A DNA stretch of 64,000 nucleotides from Octopus sinensis. Taxonomy: Eukaryota. Numbering within the stretch: the first letter of the stretch is position 1; every line of letters starts with the position of its first letter. The position numbers were made by a program, and so were the translations under genes. Shown in pieces: positions 40,390 to 53,021 of the stretch. The notes below the pieces were generated by a model, which was given only the letters and a program-made list of their open reading frames with translations, did no database searches and had not been told where the DNA came from. The stretch spans positions 78,120,001-78,184,000 of the forward strand of contig NC_043008.1 of assembly GCF_006345805.1 (NCBI RefSeq). The letters are read 5' to 3'.

Positions 40390-40585
40390 CCTTCTATATA
40401 ATAAATTAATTTTACTCTGCTATGTATTGAGTACCTTATTTACTGTGGTTAACCCCGAATCAACCCGGGACCTACTATATATATATATATATTATATATA
40501 TATATATAATATATAATTATATATATATCTAATATGTATGTATGACCGTAGTCATATGACAGAAACAAGTAAAAGAATGAAAGAA

Positions 40586-40673
<88 letters not shown>

Positions 40674-40959
40674 TGAAAAGTAACACCTGTTATGTATAAG
40701 GAAAATAGGACGAGGTAGAAAATGCTAAAATAATTTTATCAGGAAGAACACTTTAGTACTGGTTTCAGTACTTGCGAACTTTTCAAGCATGATAAACAAT
40801 CAAATTGTAGAAAAATTAAATGACATTTAAAAAAAAATATTTCCATCGTGAGACATTTTCCTTTTTTCTGTCTGTCTGTCTCTCTTTTTCTCTCTCTCTC
40901 TCCCTCCCTCTTACATTTGTAAGGTTCGGTATGTAGGTAGTAGCAAATCTGAAGAAATA

Positions 40960-41626
40960 TTTAATATGAGGGGTGTTGGTTCTGGATTTTGATTTTCCAA
41001 TGCATATTCTGCCTTTTGGATTCCGGCTCAAAGTGATGGACACACATCTCATCTTCTATACTCTTAAACGAATTCGCCTTACAATGGAGTGAGCGCTTAC
41101 CGATCTCCACACGATTGCGATTATACGCCTCGATAAGCTCTCTTGGCACCCATCTCGCACAGACCCTATGGAAGCGACGTTTGTCGTGGATGATTTTGCA
41201 TGCAACACCATGACTAATTTTCGGAGAAGAAGCCACCTCATCGATGGTCATCGTCGGTTCGCCAGAACCATCTCTTGAGGTTGTTATTTTTCCATGTCTG
41301 TGGTGGAAATTGATGTACGTCCTACACTCTCTTCGTGCTTTGCGCTTGGCCAGACATTTTAAAACTTCTCAATCCATTCATACACACTTCTACGCGGCAG
41401 TGCATTATCCCCTTATTGTATTGAAAACTTTCAATAAATTTCAACACCTGACACACCTCCAAACCAGAGAAATCGGTCATGTTTCTTCAAGAACGAAAAC
41501 AGAAATGAACAATTCTAACCTTTCTTACGTAAGCCACAAGAACCAGCTTTTAGCCCACGAGCACTTACGGCAACCAACCAAAAGAAAGTTTTGAACAAAG
41601 TGCAGATAATTCTTGACTTCCTCTAG
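40960..41626 (-). mobile_element. Mariner 5' fragment (HTH region to first catalytic Asp)
   Basis: EWIEKF...MTIDEVA..ISHG...IIHD..F.RVCARWVPREL...DEMCVHHFEPESKRQ (WVPREL motif); 3' part missing. Confidence 0.85.
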
Positions 41627-41695
41627 TATATTATATACATCTATGTATCTATATACGTATATACATACATATATATATGTATCTTAATTTATTTA

Positions 41696-41767
<72 letters not shown>

Positions 41768-41791
<24 letters not shown>

Positions 41792-43516
41792 TAATAAATA
41801 AAATATATGCATACATGCAAACATATATGTACGTACCGACATCTACATGTATATATACATGCATATATAAATATATATACGTACAGGACACCACAAAAAG
41901 ACGTAAAACTCAACAGAAACGAAAACGGAAAAGCCGTTTTGTTACAACAGAAAGACAGAGATGTGGAACAGGACGAGAACGAAAACGGGAAAAACATTGT
42001 TTACAACAGAAAAATAAGGTACAGGACATGCTACACAAGGAAAAATCCCCTTCATCAGCTGTCACTAGTAGACTTGGCGTGTTTCGAAGGCAAGACAGGA
42101 CACGACTTGTCAATACTAGGCCTTCCTGCGAGAGAATTAAAATAAAATAACCTCGCACAATAGAACTGCACAATAAAATACAAGATAAAAATACATGTAC
42201 AAGAAATACAAAACGAGAAATAAAATACAATACGAAAAATCAAAATAAACAAGAAAACAAACGAAAAAAACAAACGAAGGCCTTTGTTCTGGCTGGGACG
42301 GAAGAGGTACTGGCGAGCGCATGGAAACATGACCTTACGGCCTGAAAGCAACGTGCAAAAGGATTAGCAGTGACGAAAGTGAGGAGGAGAGAGAGAGATA
42401 TAGAGGAAGACACGCGGCTGAGAGAAGGATGAGGAAGAGGGAGAGAGAGAGGGTCCTGTTCCACGTCTCTGTCTTTCTGTTGTAACAAAATGGCTTTTCT
42501 GTTTTCGTTTCTGTTGAGTTTTACGTCTTTTGTGGTGTCCTGTACGTATATATATTTATATATGCATGTATATATACATGTAGATGTCGGTACGTACATA
42601 TATGTTTGTATGTATGCATATATTTTATTTATTACGCTATTGTCTGACAGCGCTTCGCGTCGGGTTCGTTCGAATTTTCGCTTCGTTCCGTCTCTTATCC
42701 TCCCAGTATTGTTTTATAATATAATTATGACAGGAAATTCTCTCCCTTTGCTTTACCTTCTCCTCTCTCTCCCTCTTCCTCATCCTTCTCTCAGCCGCGT
42801 GTCTTCCTCTATCTATCTCTCTCTCTCTCTCTCTCTCACTCCTCCTCACTTTCGTCACTGCTAATCCTTTTGCACGTTGCTTTCAGGCCGTAAGGTCATG
42901 TTTCCATGCGCTCGCCAGTACCTCTTCCGTCCCAGCCAGAACAAAGGCCTTCGTTTGTTTTTTTTGTTTGTTTTCTTGTTTATTTTGATTTCTCGTATTG
43001 TATTTTATTTCTCGTTTTGTATTTCTTGTACATGTATTTTTATCTTGTATTTTATTGTGCAGTTCTGTTGTGCGAGGTTATTTTATTTTAATTCTCTCGC
43101 AGGAAGGCCTAGTATTGACAAGTCGTGTCCTGTCTTGCCTTCGAAACACGCCAAGTCTACTAGTGACAGCTGATGATGGAGATTTTTCCTTGTGTAGCAT
43201 GTCCTGTACCTTATTTTTCTGTTGTAAATAATGTTTTTCCCGTTTTCGTTCTTGTCCTGTTCCACGTCTCTGTCTTTCTGTTGTAACAAAATGGCTTTTT
43301 CGTTTTCGTTTCTGTTGAGTTTTACGTCTTTTTGTGGTGTCCTGTACGTATATATATTTATATATGCATGTATATATACATGTAGATGTCGGTACGTACA
43401 TATATGTTTGTATGTATGCATATATTTTATTTATTACACTATTGTCTGACAGCGCTTCGCGTCGGGTTCGTTCGAATTTTCACTTCGTTCCATCTCTTAT
43501 CCTCCCAGTATTGTTT

Positions 43517-43520
<4 letters not shown>
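41768..43520. repeat. Complex C: inverted duplication plus direct terminal repeat (pLTR-like architecture)
   Basis: 41768-42452 is the reverse complement of 42762-43442; 42453-42718 is a direct copy of 43254-43520; flanked by (TA)n. Confidence 0.9.
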
Positions 43521-43574
<54 letters not shown>

Positions 43575-43607
43575 AAGTTGAGTTGTGGGGTATCGCACGA
43601 GTGGGAT

Positions 43608-43847
43608 TATATAAGAAAAAAGGTTTGAAAATGCAATTTAAACGATGTTTATTTACTTAACCGGTTTCACTCTTTGGTAAAAGATTGTCAAAAGTTACAT
43701 TTAAGGAAACATTGAATAATATGGGTTCAAAATTGAACCCATATTATTCAATGTTTCCTTAAATGTAACTTTTGACAATCTTTTACCAAAGAGTGAAACC
43801 AGTTAAGTAAATAAACATCGTTTAAATTGCATTTTCAAACCTTTTTT

Positions 43848-43855
<8 letters not shown>
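43608..43855. repeat. Near-perfect palindrome D (123 bp arms, 2 nt spacer, one mismatch seen)
   Basis: Centre GGGTTCAA-AA-TTGAACCC at 43723-43740; arms extend to TATATAAGAAAAAAGGTTTG and CAAACCTTTTTTCTTATATA. Confidence 0.95.
43768..43808 (+). ncRNA. Hammerhead-like motif with U3-A8 covariant core (mirror 43655-43695 minus)
   Basis: ACUU | UUGACAA | UCUUU(UACC)AAAGA-GU | GAA | ACC(A/G)GU | U | AAGU; the left arm has the perfect palindrome ACCGGU as stem III. Confidence 0.6.
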
Positions 43856-43931
<76 letters not shown>

Positions 43932-43940
43932 TATATATAT

Positions 43941-43972
<32 letters not shown>

Positions 43973-44182
43973 CTTATATATACATACAGACAGACAGATA
44001 GATAGCTATACATATGTATATACATATATATATATTTCATTTGTTTACTATGTGTATATATATATATATAAATTTAAAATGAGGGGAGAAATTTGATATT
44101 AATTTAATTAACATCAATTCAGCACCAATGGCCTAGCTGTTAAAAGCTGAAGGTTTACTGAACCTTCAGATTATATATATAT

Positions 44183-44213
<31 letters not shown>

Positions 44214-44734
44214 GTATATGTATATGTACGTATGTATGTATGTACGTATGTATGTATGTATATATGTATGTATGTATGTATGTATTTGATAAATAAAATA
44301 TAAGTAAGCAGGATTAATAAATCTTCTCTCATGTGTGTATGTGTGTGTGTGTGTGTATGTGTGTGTATTAAGTTAATATTTAGTTATAATAATATTTTAC
44401 GTTAATCAGAGGGGTTACTCTATAGTTTTGTAGAGTACAAGTTTATTCTTAAACGAGAATATCATTAACAGAGATTTCAAAGTTTCGGCCAGTTACGCCA
44501 TCATTGGCATATATTTATGTATGCATGTGCATTTGTGTGAATATATGTGCATATTGCGCGCTCTTTAATTCTGAAACTGTAACCCTATTTGGCCATATTA
44601 AATATTTTTTCTTCAGTGTCAAATCTTCACTAATTTTTATTCTACTTCATGTCATTGTATTAAAATCTCCCGAAAGAGAGATATGACTTTCAAAATTTTT
44701 TGATTTATATTCAATTATGCTTTTCTGTGAACCG

Positions 44735-44935
44735 GAGGCGGCGAACTGGTGGAATCGAAACCGCGCCGGGAAAATATTTAGTGGCATGTCGTCCGTTTTT
44801 ACAATCTGAGTTCAAATTTCGCCGAAGTCAACTTTACCTTTCATTCTTTTGGGGTCGATAAAATAAGTACCAGTTGAGCACTGGGGTCGATGTAATCGAC
44901 TCCTCCCTTCTCCGAACTTGTGCCAAAATTTGATA
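44735..44935 (+). mobile_element. Second tRNA-derived SINE family
   Basis: B-box-like GAGTTCAAATT and central CTTTCATTCTTTTGGGGTCGATAAAATAAGTACCAG, resembling conserved central domains of widespread metazoan SINEs (superfamily not verified). Confidence 0.7.
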
Positions 44936-46323
44936 AATAAAATAGCATTTTCTCCATGTACTGAATGACCTTGCCGATCTGCACTAAATTTATTGTCAAA
45001 TCGCTACTCAGAAGAGGACGAAAAAAGTAACAATGGAGTTATGAATAAGTTAGTTGACAAAACTATAATTTCAATATGAAATTAACCACATTTAAGTATT
45101 CTCAAATGAAATCAGATAATGCATATACAAACTAATAAAAATATGTCTAAACCAAATTGTGTGCCGTTATGAAAAAAATTCTTTAGAACATGAAATAAAA
45201 AATACATAGTAAGAATCGCAATCAAACTTTCTTTTTAAATCTTCGCAGTTGTATAACAAAATTAACACCATAAGCTATATCCACTTAACACAATAGGTTG
45301 GTACTTACACAATGCACAAAAACTTCTAAAGTTTTGAAACGTTTGCGAGTTTTAACAGGCCATTAACAATGCATCATGATAACGATGCTCTGTGCGCATG
45401 CTTAAACGTACATGAGAAAACATTAAGAAAATATTTTGAAGAGATATGAAAAATATTTGAAACTTCATAGACAAAAATTAATAAACAGGAATTTTAATAC
45501 AAAGAATTAACCTGTCGTTTTATAGACAAGAAAATAGTAAAATATGGTAGCCACGACAGAAACCTTATTTAAGGTGTGCAAGACGTTGAGAAATTGATGT
45601 GATACCATCTCATCACTCATTAACATTTAAGTATATGGTAAACAGATAAAACATCCGAGTATACTTACTATTAGTCCTAATGTATTTGACATCAAGGACA
45701 ATAGAAGAATGTTGCTTGTAAAAAACATTTACTGTGTATAAAAACAAATGCACTATATGGTCGTGCGCATCATACCCACAAACACAATCACACATGCACA
45801 CATAAACGCACATACATATATATATATATATATGAATGCGTACATATAGGAATGTCTGTATTTTCGTATATAGTTGTAGTTTGTTAGAAGCATAGTGGAA
45901 TACATAGTAAATTAGTTTTCTAGAAGGCGATAGCAATTGTTAGTGCATTGAACATAAAAACGGTGAGTATACCAAAGGAATTGAAATGTTGCTTTCAAAG
46001 TATTAAATTAATCCTGTACAGACTATGCAAAATAATTCTACCAAGGCTACTTAAACATTTCTAAGGCAACATTTTGATATTTTACTATTATTTCTAATAT
46101 CAAAATTTCTACCCAATTTGCTATCGCCTTCGATAACACTTTTCATACAAACACACGCAGAAAACACAAACACACACACACACACACATGCGCACACATA
46201 TACACACACTCACACACACACGCATATATATTTGTGAGTGTGTGTATATATATATGCGTGAGTGTATGTGTAATAATGTAGTACATATGTGTACATATAA
46301 CTAAACATATATCATATATGTAT

Positions 46324-46358
<35 letters not shown>

Positions 46359-47169
46359 ATATATACATACGCAAACGCATATATTCATACCTTGTATACA
46401 TACGTAGATACATACATACATTTGTACATGCATACATACGTTGAAATATACTTAGATATACATCCATACCCCACCATTTATATGTATATATATATATGGG
46501 TGTGCGCGGGCATTTTTGTATGAGTGCGTGTTTGTGTGTGCGCGCACACGTACGTGTGTATGTGTGTGCGGTGTGTGCGTATGTGTGTGTATGTAAACAT
46601 ACAAACATGCGCGTATAGACACTTTGAGGCAAGATAAGTTCATATCCATAGCAACAGCACACATAGTATATACAAAATCGTAGATAACCTTACTTGAAAC
46701 ACAGTTTTGCCCAATCTTTATTTTAAAGTAAAAATATATGTATCAAAATTTAATGTGATAAATGTTGAACCATAAATGCTTTTATCGTTTGCCTGAATAT
46801 TTCATTATATAATCTTTACAATACTTTGAAATTTACTATTTTTTGGTATAAAATTTGTAATTGAAGGGAAATATGTAAATCATTATCTAGAAAAAAGTAA
46901 TATATTGAAATTTCAATCTTGATTGATATTTTTATATGAAGTAAATATTTCATTCGCATTCATTATTTTAATTTTGTAGCTGTCATTAAGTGGAGTTTGC
47001 TCTTTTGCAAGCCATTCGCTCCAAACCTCCAGCTGATGGTTACCACGAGCTTTTAATGCACTGCATTTTATTCTTCCTCTACCAAAAGACCTAGAAGTAA
47101 ACTGTCTAGACAATTTTCTATTCCCATTTCAATATTTGTTAATTTTATTCGATCTAAATTTTACTCATT

Positions 47170-49760
47170 ATATCCTTCTCATATGCAGATTACATCCTTT
47201 TCCATTTTGAGACCCGTACCTCTTAAACTCTCTCTCCAGCCTACATTTGATAAGTTCATTGACTCCGCACTCCCTGCCATTCCCCTTTCTCACCTAGATA
47301 TCAGCAATAAAACAGTTCCAGCTAATCTGGAGGATCAAAGTCTCTTTCACTCTCTCCCAAATACATCTGTACCCTTATCGCTCTTCTGAGCCCTCGAAGT
47401 ATTTGAATTTCATTGACATTATCTCTCCCTGTATTGAAATCATATTTCTCATCCCACCCCTCTCAGAAGTTATTGATTTCTACATTCACAACTTCACATG
47501 ATTCTTTAATTTACGTCGCACTGATAGCAGCAGTACAGAAACTCAAGTCTTTTACAATCCTCATTTCGTTTCCCCAACTTGTCTCGTGTGCTATACACAT
47601 CTTAGATCGACTCAGATCTCTTTCTCACATCCTAAACTAAGGTATTTAAAACTATAAACTCCCTCCGCACTATGATGTTACCTGAAGACTCTCCCAACAA
47701 ATTTCATTCATATACTTCACAGAACCTTCTACATCCTACGCTCCGTGTTATTTCAAGCTAGCCGACTGATTTTATGATCTGAATCAAACTCCACCAGTTT
47801 TATGTAGTTTACTCATGGCAGCATATGTGCTTCACTCTTGACCTATCAAGCAGCTAGGCTCTTGTGTGATACTTGTCCGTTTATTTGTTGCATACAACAA
47901 AAATCAAATACTCCAATTCTTCCAAGAGGTTCTCTCAAACTTGTGTTGCAACTATTCAGAAGAAAAGCAGGGCTTACAATGTGGAGCCAGCCTTAAAAAC
48001 AGGGTAGCAATTACCCAGAAATGCCACATATGCAAGGCCATTATCCGGACCAAGAATGGTAACTGTGTTTCCTACACTTCTCAAGTTACCTCGCCTTCTA
48101 AACTACAGTCGATTATTTTGGTCCTTTACCAAAAGAATTCCCGGCAACTTTATATTACCTTCTCTCCTCCACTACATACCAGCGTTTTTCAGCCAAGACC
48201 ACAAGTACTTACTTAGCAAATCTCTTTCTAGCCCTTTCCCTTATCCAGGTCCACCACCTTATAATCACAGACGCCAAATACCTTTTGTCACTTGAAACCA
48301 GCTTGGTTAGAATCTTGACGGTGTCCTTTCAATTAACCTCAAACACTTCACCCCATAATTAGCACTTATACCTACACCAAATACCTGAATCTCTCCCTCT
48401 CAACAGGTATTTACTCTGATCTTTGGAAACACACTACAGTGTGGCCCCTAGGTAGACAACTGCTTTGACACTGCTGACTGTCGCACTAATGCACTCACTT
48501 CTAACATCTTTGAGGTAATGGCGTCTGCTGTTATAAATGACATCCTACAGAAACATTGAATCTCTCTATCCTTTTTTTAATTACCACTACTGCAGTTTCG
48601 TAAACCTAAATCCACTAGTGACCTACTTATGGTTCTGTTGTCACCCTCGACATCAGTAAGGATTTTGACTCTGCGTCACATGCGAATCTCCTATCGAAAC
48701 GTCTGCCTATGTTTGCTATTTTTTATATCGGTAGCTTCCTGTCAAATTACATTATTGCCACATATTGACAGAGCACTTTGTTGTACATTCTTTTAAATAT
48801 GGCATGCACTGGGGTTCGATTTTGTCCCCTTCCCATTCTTTTCTTGCTAAATATCAATGACTTGCCGTCACATCGAACAAGACCATTCTTCCTAAATGAC
48901 ACTGTCCTTCATTCCTCCGTAACATTGTCCATCCATGCATTACTTACTTGCAACCTAGATATCACTTTCAAAACATATAGTAACTCTATGATTCTACGAA
49001 GAGACCTCAAAAGCACCTCAAATGATGATATACAAATCTCGTACTTTTCAAAAGGTTGAAGGTTCAAACGTTACTCATATTAAGAAAACGTCAGCGCATC
49101 ACACCCACTTATTCATGAACAGCACTCAACTACAGTTCTCACAATTTTTCGGTCTCACTATTACTGAAAAACTCTCCTGGCGAAAGCACATCCTTAACAC
49201 AGAACAATACACCATAGACTGGTTCTTCTATTCAGAACACGAAGATTCTTCAGATCACAGCAATTATTGTCACACTATAAATCTTAGGTGAAAACCACTT
49301 TAGAGCTTCTCACGCATATGTAGGATGGTGCAGCTGCTACTGTTGCTGCTACTCCTCATACAGACATCCAAGGCTACATCCAGAAATGGCACCCAACTGA
49401 CTGGCTTCAAACAATACACAGATACATTCCGGCCTCTGGCCCGAAGCCATACTGCCACCTCATTCTACCTATTATACCGCTACTATAATTATACCCCTAA
49501 TCAGAACTGGTTGGGTTCTTGCCAGCTTCACTCAAATATTCGCATTCTATTTGTTTCCCCTTTACTCATTTCCCGTGTTGTATCTAGCTCTAAATCAAGT
49601 AGTATTTACTTCGCACAGTCCTTCTGCACTCACAGATTTCCTACATATTCATATGCTTTCCCTATGTGTTGACTTACCAACCTAGGAGGCCTGCAAAAGC
49701 CATGGACATTATCCTTTCTTCCACACACTTCAAGTAAAGTAAAGATCTGCTGTTTATCTT
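47170..49760 (+). mobile_element. Old, heavily degenerate LINE of the CR1/L2 group
   Basis: Remnant motifs STSDLL, FDSASHANLLSK, GVRF..PILFLLNINDL, GLTITEKLSWRKHI, LLYRYY; pyrimidine-rich sense strand; many stops. Confidence 0.65.
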
Positions 49761-50463
49761 TGGTCATTTCATATTTAAAACATAATCTTGTCCATACCGA
49801 TATGTTTACCGCAAACTGTCATTTATATTCTATATGATTCATTTAGGTGTTAAATTTCATTTAACTGAGTTTCCTCAGTTTTCTCTTAAGAAATACTAAT
49901 TTACGTTGTTTTATAATTACACAAAGCAAGCCTTTTCTTTATGACAGAGAAGACGTACTAGGACTGTTATATCTATACCCTCTGTAGATATTAAAGACCA
50001 CACATTTATTATACAACACGTGAGACTTATGCTGCAAGCATGACAAATATTCGCTTAATCTTAGGAAAATTATTTCTATTTTGAAGTTCCTGCCTGAGTT
50101 TCATGACTGAAACTCCCAAAACTTTTAAAGTTCTCCTTTCTTCTGAACTTCCTACCATGAGGTTTTACTATTTTATTTTCAACATTATACTCTGATGTAT
50201 CTCCCTTGTGCTGTTTAAGATTCGCTACTTCCGAGATATACTGTAGAGGATTTGGCACTTTATTTTACTGAGTGATGTAAAATCGATTGTCTGAGAGGTT
50301 TTAGTGAAATTAAAGTTAAATATAACCGACTTTGATTCTATTTATGCAACTATATCCACCATTTACAGCAACCAATAATACAACGTTTATATTTCAAAAT
50401 ATCGCTTCTGTCAGCAATTTTTGTTTTTGACCAAATAACCTACTTCGAGAGATACTTGTAGAA

Positions 50464-50505
50464 GTTATCATACTTACGTAACAATAGTTACGTAAGTATG
50501 ATAAC
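50464..50505. repeat. Perfect 19 bp inverted repeat with 4 nt loop
   Basis: GTTATCATACTTACGTAAC-AATA-GTTACGTAAGTATGATAAC. Confidence 0.9.
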
Positions 50506-51535
50506 TGAAGTTCAACCTGTCAGTTGATATGATAACGTATACTTCGATTTGAAGTTTTAAAATGATTAATTGATAATACTTCGAACAATTTACATTTTAA
50601 AATACATATCATATGGTGTTTTAAGCAATTCTTTTATTTCTTTTGAAGTATTTTATTTGAATTTAATGCTTTGTAGAATTAAAGCTATTAATACTAAATA
50701 AATAGTTACACAAATTTAGTTATTCTAATTTTCGTAACTTTAATTAGATGTTCTGAGAAAAACACGTTTTATTTTCCATTTAACAATAACCGAATAAATT
50801 TTTAATAAAAATATCTATATTATTTCATGATACATTCTCTGTTAGGAGAAAAGGAAATATCCTCAAGCAGGAGATCTGGGGCAGAATGCTTGCAATAGTG
50901 AACTCTGATAAAGGCACCCATGGGCCAGGTAGTGGTGTTAAACCGAGCGACAGATTAAAGTGGATTAATATATTGACATTCTTAACTGACTGATACCAAA
51001 AATTATAAACTGTCGTTTTAACACTTAACACTTACCTACCTGAATTCAGGAAAGTTAATATTCAAATATAGATTGCAAATTGAATTTTGACTAGCAAATC
51101 AATTTTACTAATACCATTTTCATATAGTTTTTAAGAATCCATTAAATAATTTTATTCAATCCAAATTGTGCGAAAAAAGTCAACAACAGTGGATCGAAAA
51201 ATATATTTTTTTTTACCTATAAAAAATATGTTATATCTTTTTATGGATGTGCTTTGGTGGGACTGAACATCAGTTTTACTCGTGGACAGCTTATTTTGTT
51301 TCATTTCCTTGAACTTTTCCCTATCTCTCAATAGATAATAGGGCGGCACTTTTACTACTGGATTTATAAATGTGGCATATTTGTATAATAGTTTGTTTCG
51401 ATTATGTCTGTGATAGGTGTGTTTAGGAAAAAGGCAGCTATATAAAATTATCACTATGAGATATATGATTTATATATATATATATATACATACACATACA
51501 CACACACGTACACGCACACAAACATATACATTCAC

Positions 51536-51612
<77 letters not shown>

Positions 51613-52689
51613 ACTGTTTTATAAACAGTTGCATCTTATACAGAAATCTGTATTTGTTATATATTTGTTCAAGTAGTCCTTACAATATTCTTTCGTTAAG
51701 AGTGCCCTACAGAGTAAGATAGGGGCTGTTTGAGTGCCAAATGCACGAAACGGTTTGGAATCTCATTTGAAGACGTTGTATTCATTTATGATGTTATGTC
51801 CCTAGGGAAAGACGCGAATGTTGCACCATTCCACTGTTCCATAAGTTTTTTTATGTTATATTTCCAGATATTGAACATTTTCTATAAAAAATGTACACGT
51901 TTACAGAAAACTTGGTGTAAAGTGACAACAGGTTGTTCTGTCCACTACATATGTACCTTAGGGAGCTGGATCAAAGCTGACCTAATGTTATACAACTACT
52001 AGATGGAGTAAGTCCATCAACTTGAATGTATAATCTGTTCAATGTGAATGTACAAAGCCATTGTTCCAATGAATGTTTTCAAAATGATTAGTTATATAAA
52101 ATAATTAAAAAGTACATCTAGGTTATTTCATCTTTGGATGTCGTTTCTTCCATGGAATTCGTTTAACAGCAAGCAAAACCTAAAGTATGTACAGATGATC
52201 TTCGTCTATGTATATTTATACATACTTTTTGGTATAAATATATTTAGACGTATTTTTGTCTTATAAATAAGTAATTTGTATATTTATATATATTATATTT
52301 GAACCTAATTCTAATCAGAAGACATAAATGGCATATGTGAATTGAACGTTTTTGAAAACAGGAGACAATAATTTCTAATAAAAACACAAAAACTGCGTTT
52401 CAAATAACTGCTAAAACTACCATTTTTTTTTTGTAACTGTTAAAATGTCTTAAAGTAATAACTAACTCATTGTATAAATGGGTACAAATTTTCTGAATCA
52501 ATTGAGAACTATCTCTTTGTTAAATTAAGACAACTATTTACATCGTTTTCCTTATTTTGCAGTGAAAATGTCGCAAAATATTTCGCCTTATATATTTTCT
52601 CAATTATTTAATATTTCTCAGTCTTTTAATAAAGTTATTTGTCAAATGTCTTCACCGCATGGGCAATCCTCCCATGCGGTAAATAATGG

Positions 52690-53021
52690 TCATATTTCTG
52701 TGGAAATCTCCTCCATTTCTATTGTTGGAAGAGTATTCATCCTCTCTAGACGCTTCTTCTCTCTTTCTAGCATGGTAATAGACATTTTCCTTCCGTAATT
52801 CTTGTAAATAACGCTATCTTGCGGCCGTTTGACAATGCGAATACTCTCTAAGTTTTTTGGCGCATGTCGGTAGCGTGGTTCCATCGGTTCTAGAATCCGA
52901 ATATTGTCCCATTTTTTAAGGAATACTACTACCGACACAATCCACACAATAACCACGAGGCTTACAAAGACGATTTCTTCAGCTTTTAGGGAAAATTTCT
53001 CAGGAGCAATCAGTTCTCGAC
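52690..53021 (-). CDS. Terminal coding exon of a single-pass membrane protein resembling FNDC4/FNDC5-like (DUF4808-type) proteins
   Basis: Polypyrimidine acceptor TTTTTTTGTTTCAG|G at 53021 (phase 1); open to TGA at 52690: RELIAPEKFSLKAEEIVFVSLVVIVWIVSVVVFLKKWDNIRILEPMEPRYRHAPKNLESIRIVKRPQDSVIYKNYGRKMSITMLEREKKRLERMNTLPTIEMEEISTEI. The EEIV-TM(W)-W..IR.LEP pattern recalls FNDC5 GEVLIIVVVLFMW..FCRQYDIIKDNEP; family assignment from memory. Confidence 0.8.

Larger units (their letters stand above)
35823..40405. repeat. Giant inverted duplication B (about 2.24 kb arms, about 96 bp spacer), mostly microsatellite with unique islands
   Basis: 35823-38067 is the reverse complement of 38164-40405; unique islands mirror exactly (ORF 36180+ versus 39024-); differences are mostly repeat-length indels. 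Confidence 0.95.

Noticed and set aside
46913-47113. 66 aa ORF
   Set aside because: No homology or splice support visible
50076-50258. Protein-like 60 aa ORF as an alternative terminal exon of the host gene
   Set aside because: In-frame stop just upstream, no recognisable homology, and the best nearby acceptor opens a frame that closes quickly
50846-50928. GC-richer island with AG/GT ends as a plus-strand exon
   Set aside because: Weak splice signals, no recognisable protein similarity and no partner exons
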